DNA of 64,000 nucleotides from an uncultured Bacteroidales bacterium (GCA_963714825.1 CAVQQF010000009.1:3198-67197); one strand, 5' to 3'; counted from the stretch's first letter, positions 22,013 to 31,609 are shown. Notes: a model not told the origin generated them from the sequence alone. Made by a program: numbers and translations.

Positions 22013-25000
22013 TTAGTATTTTATGATTTTCGTTTGGGAAAAGCAATCTCCGTTTGTACAAATCTGAACAAAATAGATACCTGCATGCAATTCGCTAATA
22101 TCCAGAGTTTTAACTTCGCCATTATAACTTTCGGTATAAAAGTTTTGAATTATACCTTGAGCATTTATCAATTGTATTAAATAATTCGCATTTTCAGTTA
22201 ATCCGCTGAAATACAAACGATCGCTGGCAGGATTAGGGAAAACTGTGATGGAAGCAGGTCCTGTTTCATTACTTGAGGAATTAGCCATATTAAATTTATA
22301 CCCGGCAGCTGAGCATACCAATTCGACATTTTCGATTTTTGGCTGCGATGGCGACACCACAATAAGATCGGAATGGAAAGGTAGAGTTCCTGCTTTTTCG
22401 CCGGATAATACATATTCGCCAAAGGGCAGGTTTCTGAACCTGAAATCACTGCCATCGCGAACTACTGCCCAGCCAAGTATGTTTTTCATCAGTTTATCGT
22501 AGAGCAAAACGGTAACATCGTTGCATCGTTCGGAACTACCAGCCATAGTTGAACAATACCCTAAAACAGACCCTTCACCTTCCGGAAGCTGAACCGTGAT
22601 CCTGGCCAGGTCAATGTCGACATCGTAGGTATTGTCGGTGAGTTCAATTTTATGCGCATTTCCCCAACGGATATCATTAAAGAAATAAGTAGGAATATAT
22701 GCCGGGTTATTTACCTTGTCGGGGATTACATATAAATAATAGGTACCGGCGAACAATGCTTTAATTTCGAAACTTCCGTCGGTGCTCAAGTGACCCGATC
22801 GGACAGGCTTAATACTCGTACCGTTCGTGCTGTAAACCGACAAATTGCTGTTGTCTGCCAGGATTTCGCCAGCATGAATGCGGCCTGAGATGGAATAACC
22901 CGGGTCAATTTTAAGGAAGAGCTGATCGGAAACCGAGCCACATTCCGAAAAACCGGTGAAAGTGAGGATAACATTCCCGTTGGCAATATCGCCGGGACCG
23001 GGTTGGTAAGCAGGATTTAAGAGTGTATCCGAAGTAAAGGTTCCGTCACCGGCCGAGTTCCATTTCAGGTAATCGTAGCCAGTAGCATTGGCATTATCCA
23101 GCCTCAGCACTGAATCAATACTTATTATGGTATCGTTACCTGCAAAAACAAGGGGTGCATCCTGAAATGTAATTCTGGCAACATCTTTATACTGTAGCTC
23201 TGAATTCTGAGCTTCCAGGAAAAGATTAACATAACCGTTGAAGTAATCCAATGGTCCGGGAGAGTATACCGGGTGAAGGATATGAGTATTATCGAAAGAA
23301 CCATCGCCCGATGTTGACCATGTCAGCACCTCAAAATCCACTGCTGTGGATTTGGCAATGGCATAAGCATTATTGTAACATATAGCAGTATCGGGACCTG
23401 CATAGGGAGCAGTAATGGCATAGGAATAATCACTTTCGTGGCCTTCGGTTTGATCGTATAAGCCGTTGGCCATAAAATCGAAAGCAGTAACAGCTATGGT
23501 ATCACCTATGGGGAAACTACCCATATTGACCGAAGTTTTCAACCCATTATTAAAGGTATGCGCGAAGGTGATTCCATCATTTGCTCCAAAATACACATTA
23601 TAACCCTCGAGGTCGGTGATAGCCCTGGCTTCCCAGCTTAAAACCACATCGGTGCCAACAAGCTGCTTTATTACCTTTGCGGGAGGAGGCACGGGTGCAA
23701 TCGATAAAATATTTTCAAGTATCGGCTTATACAACACTTCGCCAAGGCCCGAAGCATCGTACACATCAAAAATAATACTGTCGATCCCGCTAAATGATTT
23801 GGTACCCCAGTAATTATACTCTGCGTGTATTACCTTGTCCGAAAGATTTTTAAAAGAGCCTGAATCCCCGTTCTGCATGAGGTTGTTAAACTGAACCGGG
23901 CCTTGCGGAGCGCTTGAAATCCGGAACGAAAAAGTGGAATTAGTATAGGCTGTATTATAAAGGAATGAATTGAATACCGAGTTGCGTGTGCTGTCGGGCT
24001 GAACAGAAATTCCGCCGTTGTTAAATGTTATGCTGTTATAGGTAATATTGTTGTACGACGAGCCAGCTGCAAGAGTAACTGCCTGTATTAAACTTCGCGA
24101 AAACAGGTTCTGGGTAATGGTGTTATTATTCGATTGCCAGCAGATTATCGCGTTGCGGTTTTTCGAAAAATAATTATTCCGCAGTGTGGTCGAATGCTGG
24201 AAAAGCTTTACGGCTTCCTTATTCCCTATAAAATAATTACCGGAAACGGTATTGTAGCCCGGGCCATTGTTACCATAATTCCCTATATGAATACCAATGC
24301 TGCACGAATTGATCGTATTATCCCATATGCTGTTATAGCTTGATTCGCTGGCGTAGCTGTTAATAAAAATTCCGACATCAGAGCATTCGGCAATGGTATT
24401 GCTATAAATCTTGTTACCGGGGTTTTGAAAACCGGCAGCCAGGAATATGCCGAAATCGCACATGGTAAAATTACAATTCCTGATTACATTGTATGCTGAA
24501 TTATTGATGTTAATACCAAAGGAACAAAAGGCAATGCTCGAATTTTCGACCAGGAGCGAAGTATTATCGGCGAGTGTTACCGAATAGGTGGCATCGCTGA
24601 TACTCACATCCGATAGTACCGAACCCATAACATATGCACTGTCGGCGCCCAGCAGTGTTTTGGTACCATACAAAGTAATACCGTTCCATTGTCCGGGAAC
24701 AGATGTTTGATTACGCGAATAGAATCTGATTTTCTGAGCTTCTGTGCCTTTGGCTATTAAGGTGCCATAACTGATAAGGCTGGTGCCATACTCGAACTGC
24801 ATTTCGACGCCTGGAAGTATGGTGAGCTTAACATCCCTGCCAACAGTAAGGTCCTGTATGACTATATAAGGATTGTTTTCGGGTGAGTAGGTTTCATCGC
24901 CGGTGAGCTCGCCACCCACATAAACCTGGCTTCGCGCAGGAATAGTGAACCAAAGCAACACAACAATAAGTACGACACCTGTATTAAATACGGTGTTAAA

Positions 25001-25024
25001 TGAAAACTTACTCACTCTCTCCAT
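22013..25024 (-). CDS. Secreted right-handed beta-helix repeat protein with a T9SS C-terminal sorting domain (1003 aa)
   Basis: N-terminal hydrophobic signal or anchor. Repetitive beta-helix signature (..NCNFTMCDFGIFL.., ..NTINSCSIGIHIGN.., ..ITQNLFSRS..). Two AGxD..W.S.GDG.F repeats. C-terminus ITVFPNPASDRLYF..LHAGIYFVQI..KIIKY. Confidence 0.8.
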   Translation of the reverse strand: MERVSKFSFNTVFNTGVVLIVVLLWFTIPARSQVYVGGELTGDETYSPENNPYIVIQDLTVGRDVKLTILPGVEMQFEYGTSLISYGTLIAKGTEAQKIRFYSRNQTSVPGQWNGITLYGTKTLLGADSAYVMGSVLSDVSISDATYSVTLADNTSLLVENSSIAFCSFGININNSAYNVIRNCNFTMCDFGIFLAAGFQNPGNKIYSNTIAECSDVGIFINSYASESSYNSIWDNTINSCSIGIHIGNYGNNGPGYNTVSGNYFIGNKEAVKLFQHSTTLRNNYFSKNRNAIICWQSNNNTITQNLFSRSLIQAVTLAAGSSYNNITYNSITFNNGGISVQPDSTRNSVFNSFLYNTAYTNSTFSFRISSAPQGPVQFNNLMQNGDSGSFKNLSDKVIHAEYNYWGTKSFSGIDSIIFDVYDASGLGEVLYKPILENILSIAPVPPPAKVIKQLVGTDVVLSWEARAITDLEGYNVYFGANDGITFAHTFNNGLKTSVNMGSFPIGDTIAVTAFDFMANGLYDQTEGHESDYSYAITAPYAGPDTAICYNNAYAIAKSTAVDFEVLTWSTSGDGSFDNTHILHPVYSPGPLDYFNGYVNLFLEAQNSELQYKDVARITFQDAPLVFAGNDTIISIDSVLRLDNANATGYDYLKWNSAGDGTFTSDTLLNPAYQPGPGDIANGNVILTFTGFSECGSVSDQLFLKIDPGYSISGRIHAGEILADNSNLSVYSTNGTSIKPVRSGHLSTDGSFEIKALFAGTYYLYVIPDKVNNPAYIPTYFFNDIRWGNAHKIELTDNTYDVDIDLARITVQLPEGEGSVLGYCSTMAGSSERCNDVTVLLYDKLMKNILGWAVVRDGSDFRFRNLPFGEYVLSGEKAGTLPFHSDLIVVSPSQPKIENVELVCSAAGYKFNMANSSSNETGPASITVFPNPASDRLYFSGLTENANYLIQLINAQGIIQNFYTESYNGEVKTLDISELHAGIYFVQICTNGDCFSQTKIIKY

Positions 25025-25080
25025 TTTAATCCATAGTTACCAAATAGGCGGCAAATACGTCGGGTACAACAATTCTGGTA

Positions 25081-25117
25081 GTATATAGACACTTGAAAAA
25101 CGTTTTACCCCTACACG
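25081..25117 (-). promoter_or_regulatory. Conserved 37-nt upstream motif, copy C
   Basis: gtatatagacacttgaaaaacgttttacccctacacg, 56 nt 5' of ATG 25024. Its context is not duplicated. Confidence 0.5.
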
Positions 25118-25326
25118 TGTTTTGAAAATAATTTCAACTTTTTTACAACTATCATAAACATAAGCACATAAAGTTAAAAATATTTTTTATTAATTAAGCT
25201 GTCTGAATGCCTAAGCTACTTTTAAACGGACTTATGCAGGAATTATTATCACAAAGGTACCTGATTTAAGGGTATCATTTCGAAGCTGTGGATGATTAAG
25301 AGTCTGTTTAAAATTATATTTTTTTA

Positions 25327-25547
25327 CATTGTTGTCCGGTTAAATTTGATTAAAAACGCTGTAAAGCTTGTGATATCTCGTCCGCCTCGGGCGGACTTTA
25401 ATGCTGAGGGGGTTACTTTTTATTCTACCAATATTACGTCCGCCTCAGGCGGACTGTCCCGTAGGGACAAGATATTGGTAGAAAGCAAATTACAGATGCG
25501 TTAAAAGTCCCGTAGGGACGATATAGGATTTTACCCGGACAACAATG
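25327..25547. repeat. Nested-hairpin element bounded by 13-bp inverted repeats (MITE-like or structured RNA)
   Basis: cattgttgtccgg (25327-25339) pairs with ccggacaacaatg (25535-25547). Inside are gtccgcctc.ggcggac twice, gtcccgtagggac twice, and a ctaccaatat/atattggtag stem enclosing two of the hairpins. Confidence 0.6.
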
Positions 25548-25641
25548 ATTTTTTTAATTCTTAATGAGTGAGGGGTGACAAAGCGAGGGATGAAAGGCGA
25601 AAATATCTTAGGAAATTTGATTTTAAATTGATGATTCTTGC

Positions 25642-25663
25642 GTCCCGATAGCTTTCGGGATCC
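25642..25663. repeat. Palindromic element copy (gtcccgatagctttcgggatcc)
   Basis: Same family as 13474, 31768, 31838, 31883 and 50839. Confidence 0.75.
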
Positions 25664-26015
25664 GGACTCCAGCCTTCTGACCTTTTCTTGCTTAACTAAG
25701 GGGATTTAGTAAATTTAAACTGTGACTTATACTTCAGTAGCCTGCATCGAATTTGCGACCTTCAGAACCTGATTCTGTCACCTGGCATACCTGGGAAATG
25801 CATGCAAAAAGAAACTGTCAGAATTTAATTTATGTTTTTATTTGATAACAATGCGTACTCTCAATATTCGCGGAATATCTCCACTCATTTACAATTTACG
25901 AACCAACGGGAATCATTGTTTGAATATATAATAAATCGCCAATCCTTAGATGATAATTTGGTGAATTGACAGCTTCGAAATTAAATATACAGTGTTTTAG
26001 TGAAATTTATCAGGC

Positions 26016-27362
26016 TTAAAACTTCACATAAGCCGCCAGTTTAAATCCCAGCAATCCATAGCGCTTTTCGATCGGGAGGTCACTATAAAGCGAATTTGTT
26101 TGTTTGCGGTAGGTAGCTTCGGCTATAACACCTGAGCGCCCCGAAAATTTAATGGCTGTGCCCATACCCGCATGCCACGAAAAAAGAACGGGGTTCAGAT
26201 CGTTCTGGCTTGTAAGTATCACATTATTCTTATCAGCCGGGTCAATATGAATGGCATCGACCGAAACCAGGAAAGCAGCGTTTACCCCGCCCATGGCGTA
26301 AATTTCAGCTTTGGAATTTTGCCAGACCCTGAATTTAAGGGATAAGGGCACATCGATATAACGGTACAGATTATCATTGCGGTACGAATAGTTCTTTGCG
26401 TCCTTTTCAATCCAGCTCGAATCGGTTACATAAAACCAGGCGGTATCGACCCCGTTCAGGGTATAATAAGTCTCGACGGTATCGGTGCGGAAAAAACCAC
26501 CGCTTGCAATGGTATAGGCATATTCGAACTTCTCGCCCAGGCTCATAAAGCCAAAACCTGACCTGACACCGAATTTATGATAATCGTACCCTGCAATAAT
26601 TCCGGCCGAGAACTTGTTCAATTCTCCTGTTTTTGATTGCTTCATCAAATCAGCGTATTCTCCGGCTGATGATTGGGTGCTCGTTACAGTTGCTGAACCT
26701 GGAAGCATTTCGAAATACAGCCCGGTATAAAAACCGTTATATTCGAGGTATTTGAGGTGTTTAACCGCTTTTTCGTCAGCATCGTCGACTTTAGTTATAT
26801 TGGGTTTCGGAGACTGCATATTTTTTTCGACAAACACCGTATCGGTAATACGTATGGTATCAAAATGAGTGATGGAAACGGAACGGAATATGGTATCGGT
26901 GCGGTTTATTATGAGTGTATCGATGCGATACGAATACACCGTATCCGGTTTTTTGCCCTGTGGTATTACCAGCTGGGGTTTCCCCGGGATAAGCTTTTGG
27001 TTGGGTGCAAGAGTGATTACTTCGGGGTCGCCCCGGTAAATCACCACCTGGTTTCCGATTTCGCGGAAGGCTATGGTAGGGTCAGCGAACAATTGCGTAA
27101 GCACTTCGTGCAGCGGAAGGTTATTAAACCGCATATTTACATTGCGGCCGGGTTGTATCAAATCGGGATTATACGAAAACCTGACCCCGGTTTTGTTGCC
27201 TAACGACTGCAACACGGTAGCCATCGACATATTGGAAAATGTGAAGGATACTTTTTTATCGAGAAAGGGTTGTTGTGATTGAGCTGATGCAGGCTGCTGC
27301 AATAAGCAGAAGGATATGACGAAAACAAATACAAAAACAGGATTTCTGCTTGTGCCTGACAT
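26016..27362 (-). CDS. STN-domain protein fused to a small outer-membrane beta-barrel (448 aa)
   Basis: Signal peptide ending ..QQPASAQ. STN-like block (MATVLQSLGNKTGVRFSYNPDLIQPGRNVNMRFNNLPLHEVLTQLF..NQVVIY). The C-terminal half has alternating beta-strand patterns and ends ..GFKLAAYVKF (terminal aromatic, typical of OMPs). It starts 13 nt downstream of the FecR gene. Confidence 0.65.
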   Translation of the reverse strand: MSGTSRNPVFVFVFVISFCLLQQPASAQSQQPFLDKKVSFTFSNMSMATVLQSLGNKTGVRFSYNPDLIQPGRNVNMRFNNLPLHEVLTQLFADPTIAFREIGNQVVIYRGDPEVITLAPNQKLIPGKPQLVIPQGKKPDTVYSYRIDTLIINRTDTIFRSVSITHFDTIRITDTVFVEKNMQSPKPNITKVDDADEKAVKHLKYLEYNGFYTGLYFEMLPGSATVTSTQSSAGEYADLMKQSKTGELNKFSAGIIAGYDYHKFGVRSGFGFMSLGEKFEYAYTIASGGFFRTDTVETYYTLNGVDTAWFYVTDSSWIEKDAKNYSYRNDNLYRYIDVPLSLKFRVWQNSKAEIYAMGGVNAAFLVSVDAIHIDPADKNNVILTSQNDLNPVLFSWHAGMGTAIKFSGRSGVIAEATYRKQTNSLYSDLPIEKRYGLLGFKLAAYVKF

Positions 27363-27375
27363 AGATGGATATTGA

Positions 27376-28395
27376 TTAACCTGTTACTTTTTTAACCAGG
27401 TAATCTTTTCCGTTATGAGTAAATTGAAGTTTGTGAACCAGGCTGAGCACTTCCAGCACCGAATCCAGGGATTCGTTATCGAAGGTAGCAGTCAGTTTCA
27501 GGTGGGAAAGTTCGGCATTATTCATGCGGAAATGAACATCATATTTTTTACCGACAACTTCCATAACTTTATCGAGTGTAGTTTCGTTAAAAACGAGCAT
27601 ACCTGTTTTCCAGCTGATAAAATTAGGATCATCATTCGGCATCATGGCGAGTGTATGTGTTTTTGTATTGTACACACCCTTATCGCCTTTCCGCAGCACT
27701 ATTTGCCCGCGAATGTTGTTGTTTTTGTCCACATGATAAAAAAGAACTGTCCCTGAGTTCACCACAACTTCGGTTAATCCGGTTATGGGATCGGCTTTCA
27801 CATTGAAGGCAGTTCCCAGTACTTTTATGCGTGCATCACCGGTTTCAATAACAAAAGGCCTGGTTGGGTCTGAAGCTATTTCAAAAAAAGCTTCACCCCA
27901 AAAGTAAACCTCTCTGCGATCACTACCAAATTTTTCGGGAAATTTAACTTGCGAGCTTAAATTTAATGTAATATTCGAGCCATCGGACAAAAGTACAGCC
28001 GACGAAGCATCCGGACCTGAGGCCACCGACTTCAGAGGTTTGTTTTGACCGGCTATGTAAAATACCGAAAAAGCAATCAGCAGCATGGCGGCAATACCAG
28101 CAGCATATTTAACAAAACGCATGGCCATTGGTTTTGGCTTCTGCGAATCGCGTACAACACTTAATGGATTTTCCTTAATATGTTTGCTTACAAGTAACCA
28201 TGCAGCATCCACATCGTAGGTATCGGAAACCGGCGAGAGAACAGGGGTAGCCCATATCTGCTTCATGGCATGATAGGTATTCCGGTAAACGCCATCGGAT
28301 TGAATCAAACCGGCAATAGCCTGCTGCTCCGACGGGGTGCATTCACCCGCCAGGTAACTGGTTATTTGTAATTCTATAGCCCGGTTGTTCAACAT
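27376..28395 (-). CDS. FecR-family anti-sigma factor (339 aa)
   Basis: N-terminal cytoplasmic region, one TM helix (AAGIAAMLLIAFSVFYIAG), FecR-type periplasmic block (..VLLSDGSNITLNLSSQVKF..GEAFFEI..RPFVIETGDARIKVLGTAFNV) and a C-terminal DUF4974-like tail. Confidence 0.85.
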   Translation of the reverse strand: MLNNRAIELQITSYLAGECTPSEQQAIAGLIQSDGVYRNTYHAMKQIWATPVLSPVSDTYDVDAAWLLVSKHIKENPLSVVRDSQKPKPMAMRFVKYAAGIAAMLLIAFSVFYIAGQNKPLKSVASGPDASSAVLLSDGSNITLNLSSQVKFPEKFGSDRREVYFWGEAFFEIASDPTRPFVIETGDARIKVLGTAFNVKADPITGLTEVVVNSGTVLFYHVDKNNNIRGQIVLRKGDKGVYNTKTHTLAMMPNDDPNFISWKTGMLVFNETTLDKVMEVVGKKYDVHFRMNNAELSHLKLTATFDNESLDSVLEVLSLVHKLQFTHNGKDYLVKKVTG

Positions 28396-28412
28396 TTCTT
28401 TATTATTTCACA

Positions 28413-28449
28413 CTATATAGACACTTGAAAACGGTTTTACCACTACAAG
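28413..28449 (-). promoter_or_regulatory. Conserved 37-nt upstream motif, copy D (in the sigma/anti-sigma spacer)
   Basis: ctatatagacacttgaaaacggttttaccactacaag, 17 nt 5' of the FecR ATG (28395). Confidence 0.5.
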
Positions 28450-28464
28450 AAAAAAAAATATTTT

Positions 28465-29040
28465 TCAGGTTTTTGTTATCATATTCATTATCAACAGCAT
28501 AACAGCTACAAAATCTTTGAGGTATTTTCGCATAAATTCGAGTGAGCGTGCCATCTGGGTTTCAACCGTCTTGATATTTATATTCAGTTTAACAGCTATT
28601 TCCTGGTATTTAAGCCCTTCGAATCGGCTGAGTTCAAATATTTCGCGTCGTTTTTCGGGTAATTCCATAAGCGCCCTGCTCACATGTTCGCTGAGTTCGA
28701 AGTTCGATTCGTAATCGGTGCTGCCAAATACTTCTTCCAGTTCATCACCATAACTAATAAACCGTCGGTCGTTTTCAACTTTGCGGTTATAATTAAGGCA
28801 ATGATTTACAACGGATTTACGCAGGTAACTGCCGAAAGCGATGTGGATCTGAATTTCGTTGTGCTTATCCCATAATTTACAAAAGAAATCCTGTACAATT
28901 TCTTCGGCCGACGATTTATCGGGTGTATACCGCCGGGCATAATTACAAAGCATAGGATAATAGCTCCTGAATATCTGTTCGAAAACAACGCGATCGCCTT
29001 CCTTCAATCCTTTTACGTACAGAGCATCTGTGTCGGCCAT
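28465..29040 (-). CDS. ECF-type RNA polymerase sigma-70 factor
   Basis: Region 2 (..FEQIFRSYYPMLCNYARRY..EEIVQDFF..) and region 4 HTH (..ELSRFEGLKYQEIAVKLNINIKTVETQMARS..). The track ORF starts at a TTG (29055). The ATG at 29040 (MADTDALYVKG..) is the more likely start. Confidence 0.85.
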   Translation of the reverse strand: MADTDALYVKGLKEGDRVVFEQIFRSYYPMLCNYARRYTPDKSSAEEIVQDFFCKLWDKHNEIQIHIAFGSYLRKSVVNHCLNYNRKVENDRRFISYGDELEEVFGSTDYESNFELSEHVSRALMELPEKRREIFELSRFEGLKYQEIAVKLNINIKTVETQMARSLEFMRKYLKDFVAVMLLIMNMITKT

Positions 29041-29116
29041 TGTTTCAGTTAACAAACCTGGTTAATACCTTATATAAAGGGCTTCTTTACTTTGAGGATG
29101 TAAAATTATAAAAAAA

Positions 29117-30544
29117 TCAGCAATTCTTTATCAGTATTCGCGGTTCCATCATATCCATAATGGCATATTTTACACCTTCCCTTCCTGCTCCTGAGTCCTT
29201 TACGCCACCATAGGGCATATGATCAACCCTGAATGTAGGAACATCATTCACTATAACACCTCCCACGTGCAATTTGTTGAAAGCCTGATTCATTTCGCTT
29301 ATGCTATCGGTAAAAACACCGGCCTGCAAACCAAATGTTCCTGAATTCACCCGCGATATGGCTTCGGTAAAAGTTTCAACCGGTTCTATGACCACCACCG
29401 GACCGAAAACTTCGCCGGCACATACCTGCATAGTTTCGTTGGTACCTGTTAAAACCGTGGGAGGCACATAACTTTTTTCCCTTTTCCCGCCTGCCAGTAT
29501 GGTTGCGCCACCATCAACCGCTTCCTGAATCCAACTTTCGACCCTCAGCGCATTTGTTTCATCAATCATTACTGCCATATCGGTGGCCATATCGGCTGGG
29601 TTTCCGGTTTTGAGCTGAGCGACTTTAGTGACAAACATGTGTGTAAACGCTTCGAACAGGTCCTTTAGTACATATATGCGTTGCGTATGTATGCATACCT
29701 GTCCGGCATAAGCAAAGCCCCCGGCCACACATTTGGCCACAGCTGCTTCCATATCGGTTATATGCGAAACAATAACACCTGCATTTCCACCGAGTTCCAG
29801 CACTACCTTCTTTTTGCCGGCATCGCGTTTCATCTTCCACCCTACTTCGGGCGAACCCGTAAACGACAGCAGGCTGATGCGGGGGTCGGTAACCAGTTTG
29901 TTTCCGGTTTCCCTGTTCATGGGCAATACCGAAAAGGAACCTTTGGGCAGGGATGTACGATCGATGATCTTTGCCAGCAGCAGAGTTGATAAGGGAGTCT
30001 GGCTCGAAGGTTTAAGTATAATAGGGCAGCCTGCAGCGATGGCAGGAGCTATTTTATGTACCGCCAGGTTGAGGGGAAAGTTAAAAGGTGAAATCCCGGC
30101 TACTGTTCCTATGGGAAAATATTTTACCATACCTTCTTTGCCGGCACCGGCTTCGGTCCAGTCGATACTTATATATTCCCTGGGCAGGCGCCGGCTCTCT
30201 TCGGCAGCCACATTAAAAGTCTGAATGGAACGGTCAACCTCGGCTAATGCAGCCTTTACAGGCTTTCCTGATTCGAGCATGATAAGTTCGGCAAACTGCT
30301 GCCTGAGCGCCCATAACTCCTCCGCGATCTGTTTCAGTATGTTATACCTGGTATAGGAAGGAGATGCTGACAGTTCGCCGGCCACAGCAGCAGCAGCAAT
30401 AAGGGCCTGTTCGAGTTCTGTATCACCGGCCAGGTAAGTACTGCCTACACTACTTCCATTATAGGGATTTGTAACTGTAAGCTGATTTCCGGTAGTAATA
30501 AAATGACCGGCACAGTATATTTCGAAAACAGCAGGTTTTTGCAT
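29117..30544 (-). CDS. NAD(P)-dependent aldehyde dehydrogenase family protein
   Basis: ALDH signatures: ..FTGSPEVG.., ..VLELGGNAG.., catalytic Cys context ..YAGQVCIHTQRIYV... Confidence 0.85.
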   Translation of the reverse strand: MQKPAVFEIYCAGHFITTGNQLTVTNPYNGSSVGSTYLAGDTELEQALIAAAAVAGELSASPSYTRYNILKQIAEELWALRQQFAELIMLESGKPVKAALAEVDRSIQTFNVAAEESRRLPREYISIDWTEAGAGKEGMVKYFPIGTVAGISPFNFPLNLAVHKIAPAIAAGCPIILKPSSQTPLSTLLLAKIIDRTSLPKGSFSVLPMNRETGNKLVTDPRISLLSFTGSPEVGWKMKRDAGKKKVVLELGGNAGVIVSHITDMEAAVAKCVAGGFAYAGQVCIHTQRIYVLKDLFEAFTHMFVTKVAQLKTGNPADMATDMAVMIDETNALRVESWIQEAVDGGATILAGGKREKSYVPPTVLTGTNETMQVCAGEVFGPVVVIEPVETFTEAISRVNSGTFGLQAGVFTDSISEMNQAFNKLHVGGVIVNDVPTFRVDHMPYGGVKDSGAGREGVKYAIMDMMEPRILIKNC

Positions 30545-30912
30545 GGCTGAATTATTTATGGGATAAAATTACAAGGAAAAGGGGATTGGCTTCATTATAA
30601 ACGGAAATAAATTTGGGTACAAGTTAAAGAACTGGAGAAATGTACCTGACTATTGATTTATTACCTCTTCGAAAAATACGTTGGAATAATGTTATCCGGC
30701 AAATACTCAGGCTCATACTAATTAGTACTGATCTTAGAAATCCGTTTACTAAATGGGGAACGTAATGCATGTTTAAGTATTTTTATTTCCTGCAACAAAA
30801 TAAATACCCTCACAAAAACTTGCCAAACAACTGATTTATACTGATATTATAAAGTTTATAAAAAAAAGTTGTAAAATTTTGACTAACATGCATTTTCGTA
30901 TCATTTTTTTTG

Positions 30913-30920
30913 TAATTTTG
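30913..30920 (+). promoter_or_regulatory. Bacteroidota-type -7 promoter box TAATTTTG (TAnnTTTG) for rplU-rpmA
   Basis: Matches the TAnnTTTG consensus and lies 39 nt upstream of the rplU ATG. No well-spaced -33 TTTG was found. Confidence 0.4.
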
Positions 30921-30958
30921 CGCTCCATTTTAACGGATAAAAATAATAATTGTTGAAA

Positions 30959-31270
30959 ATGTACGCGATAGTAGATATAGCCGGGCAGCAGTTTAAAGTT
31001 GCAAAAGATCAGAAATTTTATGTGAACCGCCTGAAAGGGGACGAAGGTTCGAAAGTAGAATTCAGTGAAGTATTACTTTTAGACAATGAAGGTACTGTAA
31101 CCATTGGCACACCGCTTGTTGAAGGCGCCAAAGTTTCGGCAACCATCGTTGCTCACCTGCGTGGTGACAAGATAAAAGTATTCAAGAAAAAACGTCGTAA
31201 AGGATACCAGAAAGAAACCGGCCATCGCCAGAATCTGACCCAGGTAAAAATCGAAGCGATAAACGCATAA
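30959..31270 (+). CDS. rplU: 50S ribosomal protein L21
   Basis: MYAIVDIAGQQFKV.. is the canonical L21 N-terminus. The track ORF begins at an upstream TTG (30950), which is unlikely. Confidence 0.95.
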   Translation: MYAIVDIAGQQFKVAKDQKFYVNRLKGDEGSKVEFSEVLLLDNEGTVTIGTPLVEGAKVSATIVAHLRGDKIKVFKKKRRKGYQKETGHRQNLTQVKIEAINA

Positions 31271-31301
31271 TTTTAAGTGTAACACATAATATTCAAAAGA
31301 T

Positions 31302-31565
31302 ATGGCTCACAAAAAAGGTGCCGGTAGTTCACAAAACGGACGCGAATCACATAGCAAGCGTCTCGGTGTGAAAATCTATGGCGGACAATTCGCCCAGGCC
31401 GGTAACATCATCATCAGACAGCGTGGCACAGTTCACAACCCAGGCCTCAATGTAGGACTTGGAAAAGATCATACCATTTTTGCACTTTGCGATGGTTTGG
31501 TACAGTTCAAGAAACGCGCAAACGACAAATCATACGTTTCGGTTCATCCTATTCAGGGCGAATAA
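31302..31565 (+). CDS. rpmA: 50S ribosomal protein L27
   Basis: [24 protein letters not shown].. is canonical L27. Confidence 0.95.
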   Translation: MAHKKGAGSSQNGRESHSKRLGVKIYGGQFAQAGNIIIRQRGTVHNPGLNVGLGKDHTIFALCDGLVQFKKRANDKSYVSVHPIQGE

Positions 31566-31609
31566 GCGCATAAGCAGTGAATGCTGCTTTCGACACACTT
31601 ATAATAAAG

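Noticed and set aside
29061-29085. ccttatataaaggg upstream of the ECF sigma gene as a partial motif (TATATA part)
   Set aside because: The match is limited to an A/T-rich hexamer plus flanking C/G, and the GACACTTGAAAA core is absent.
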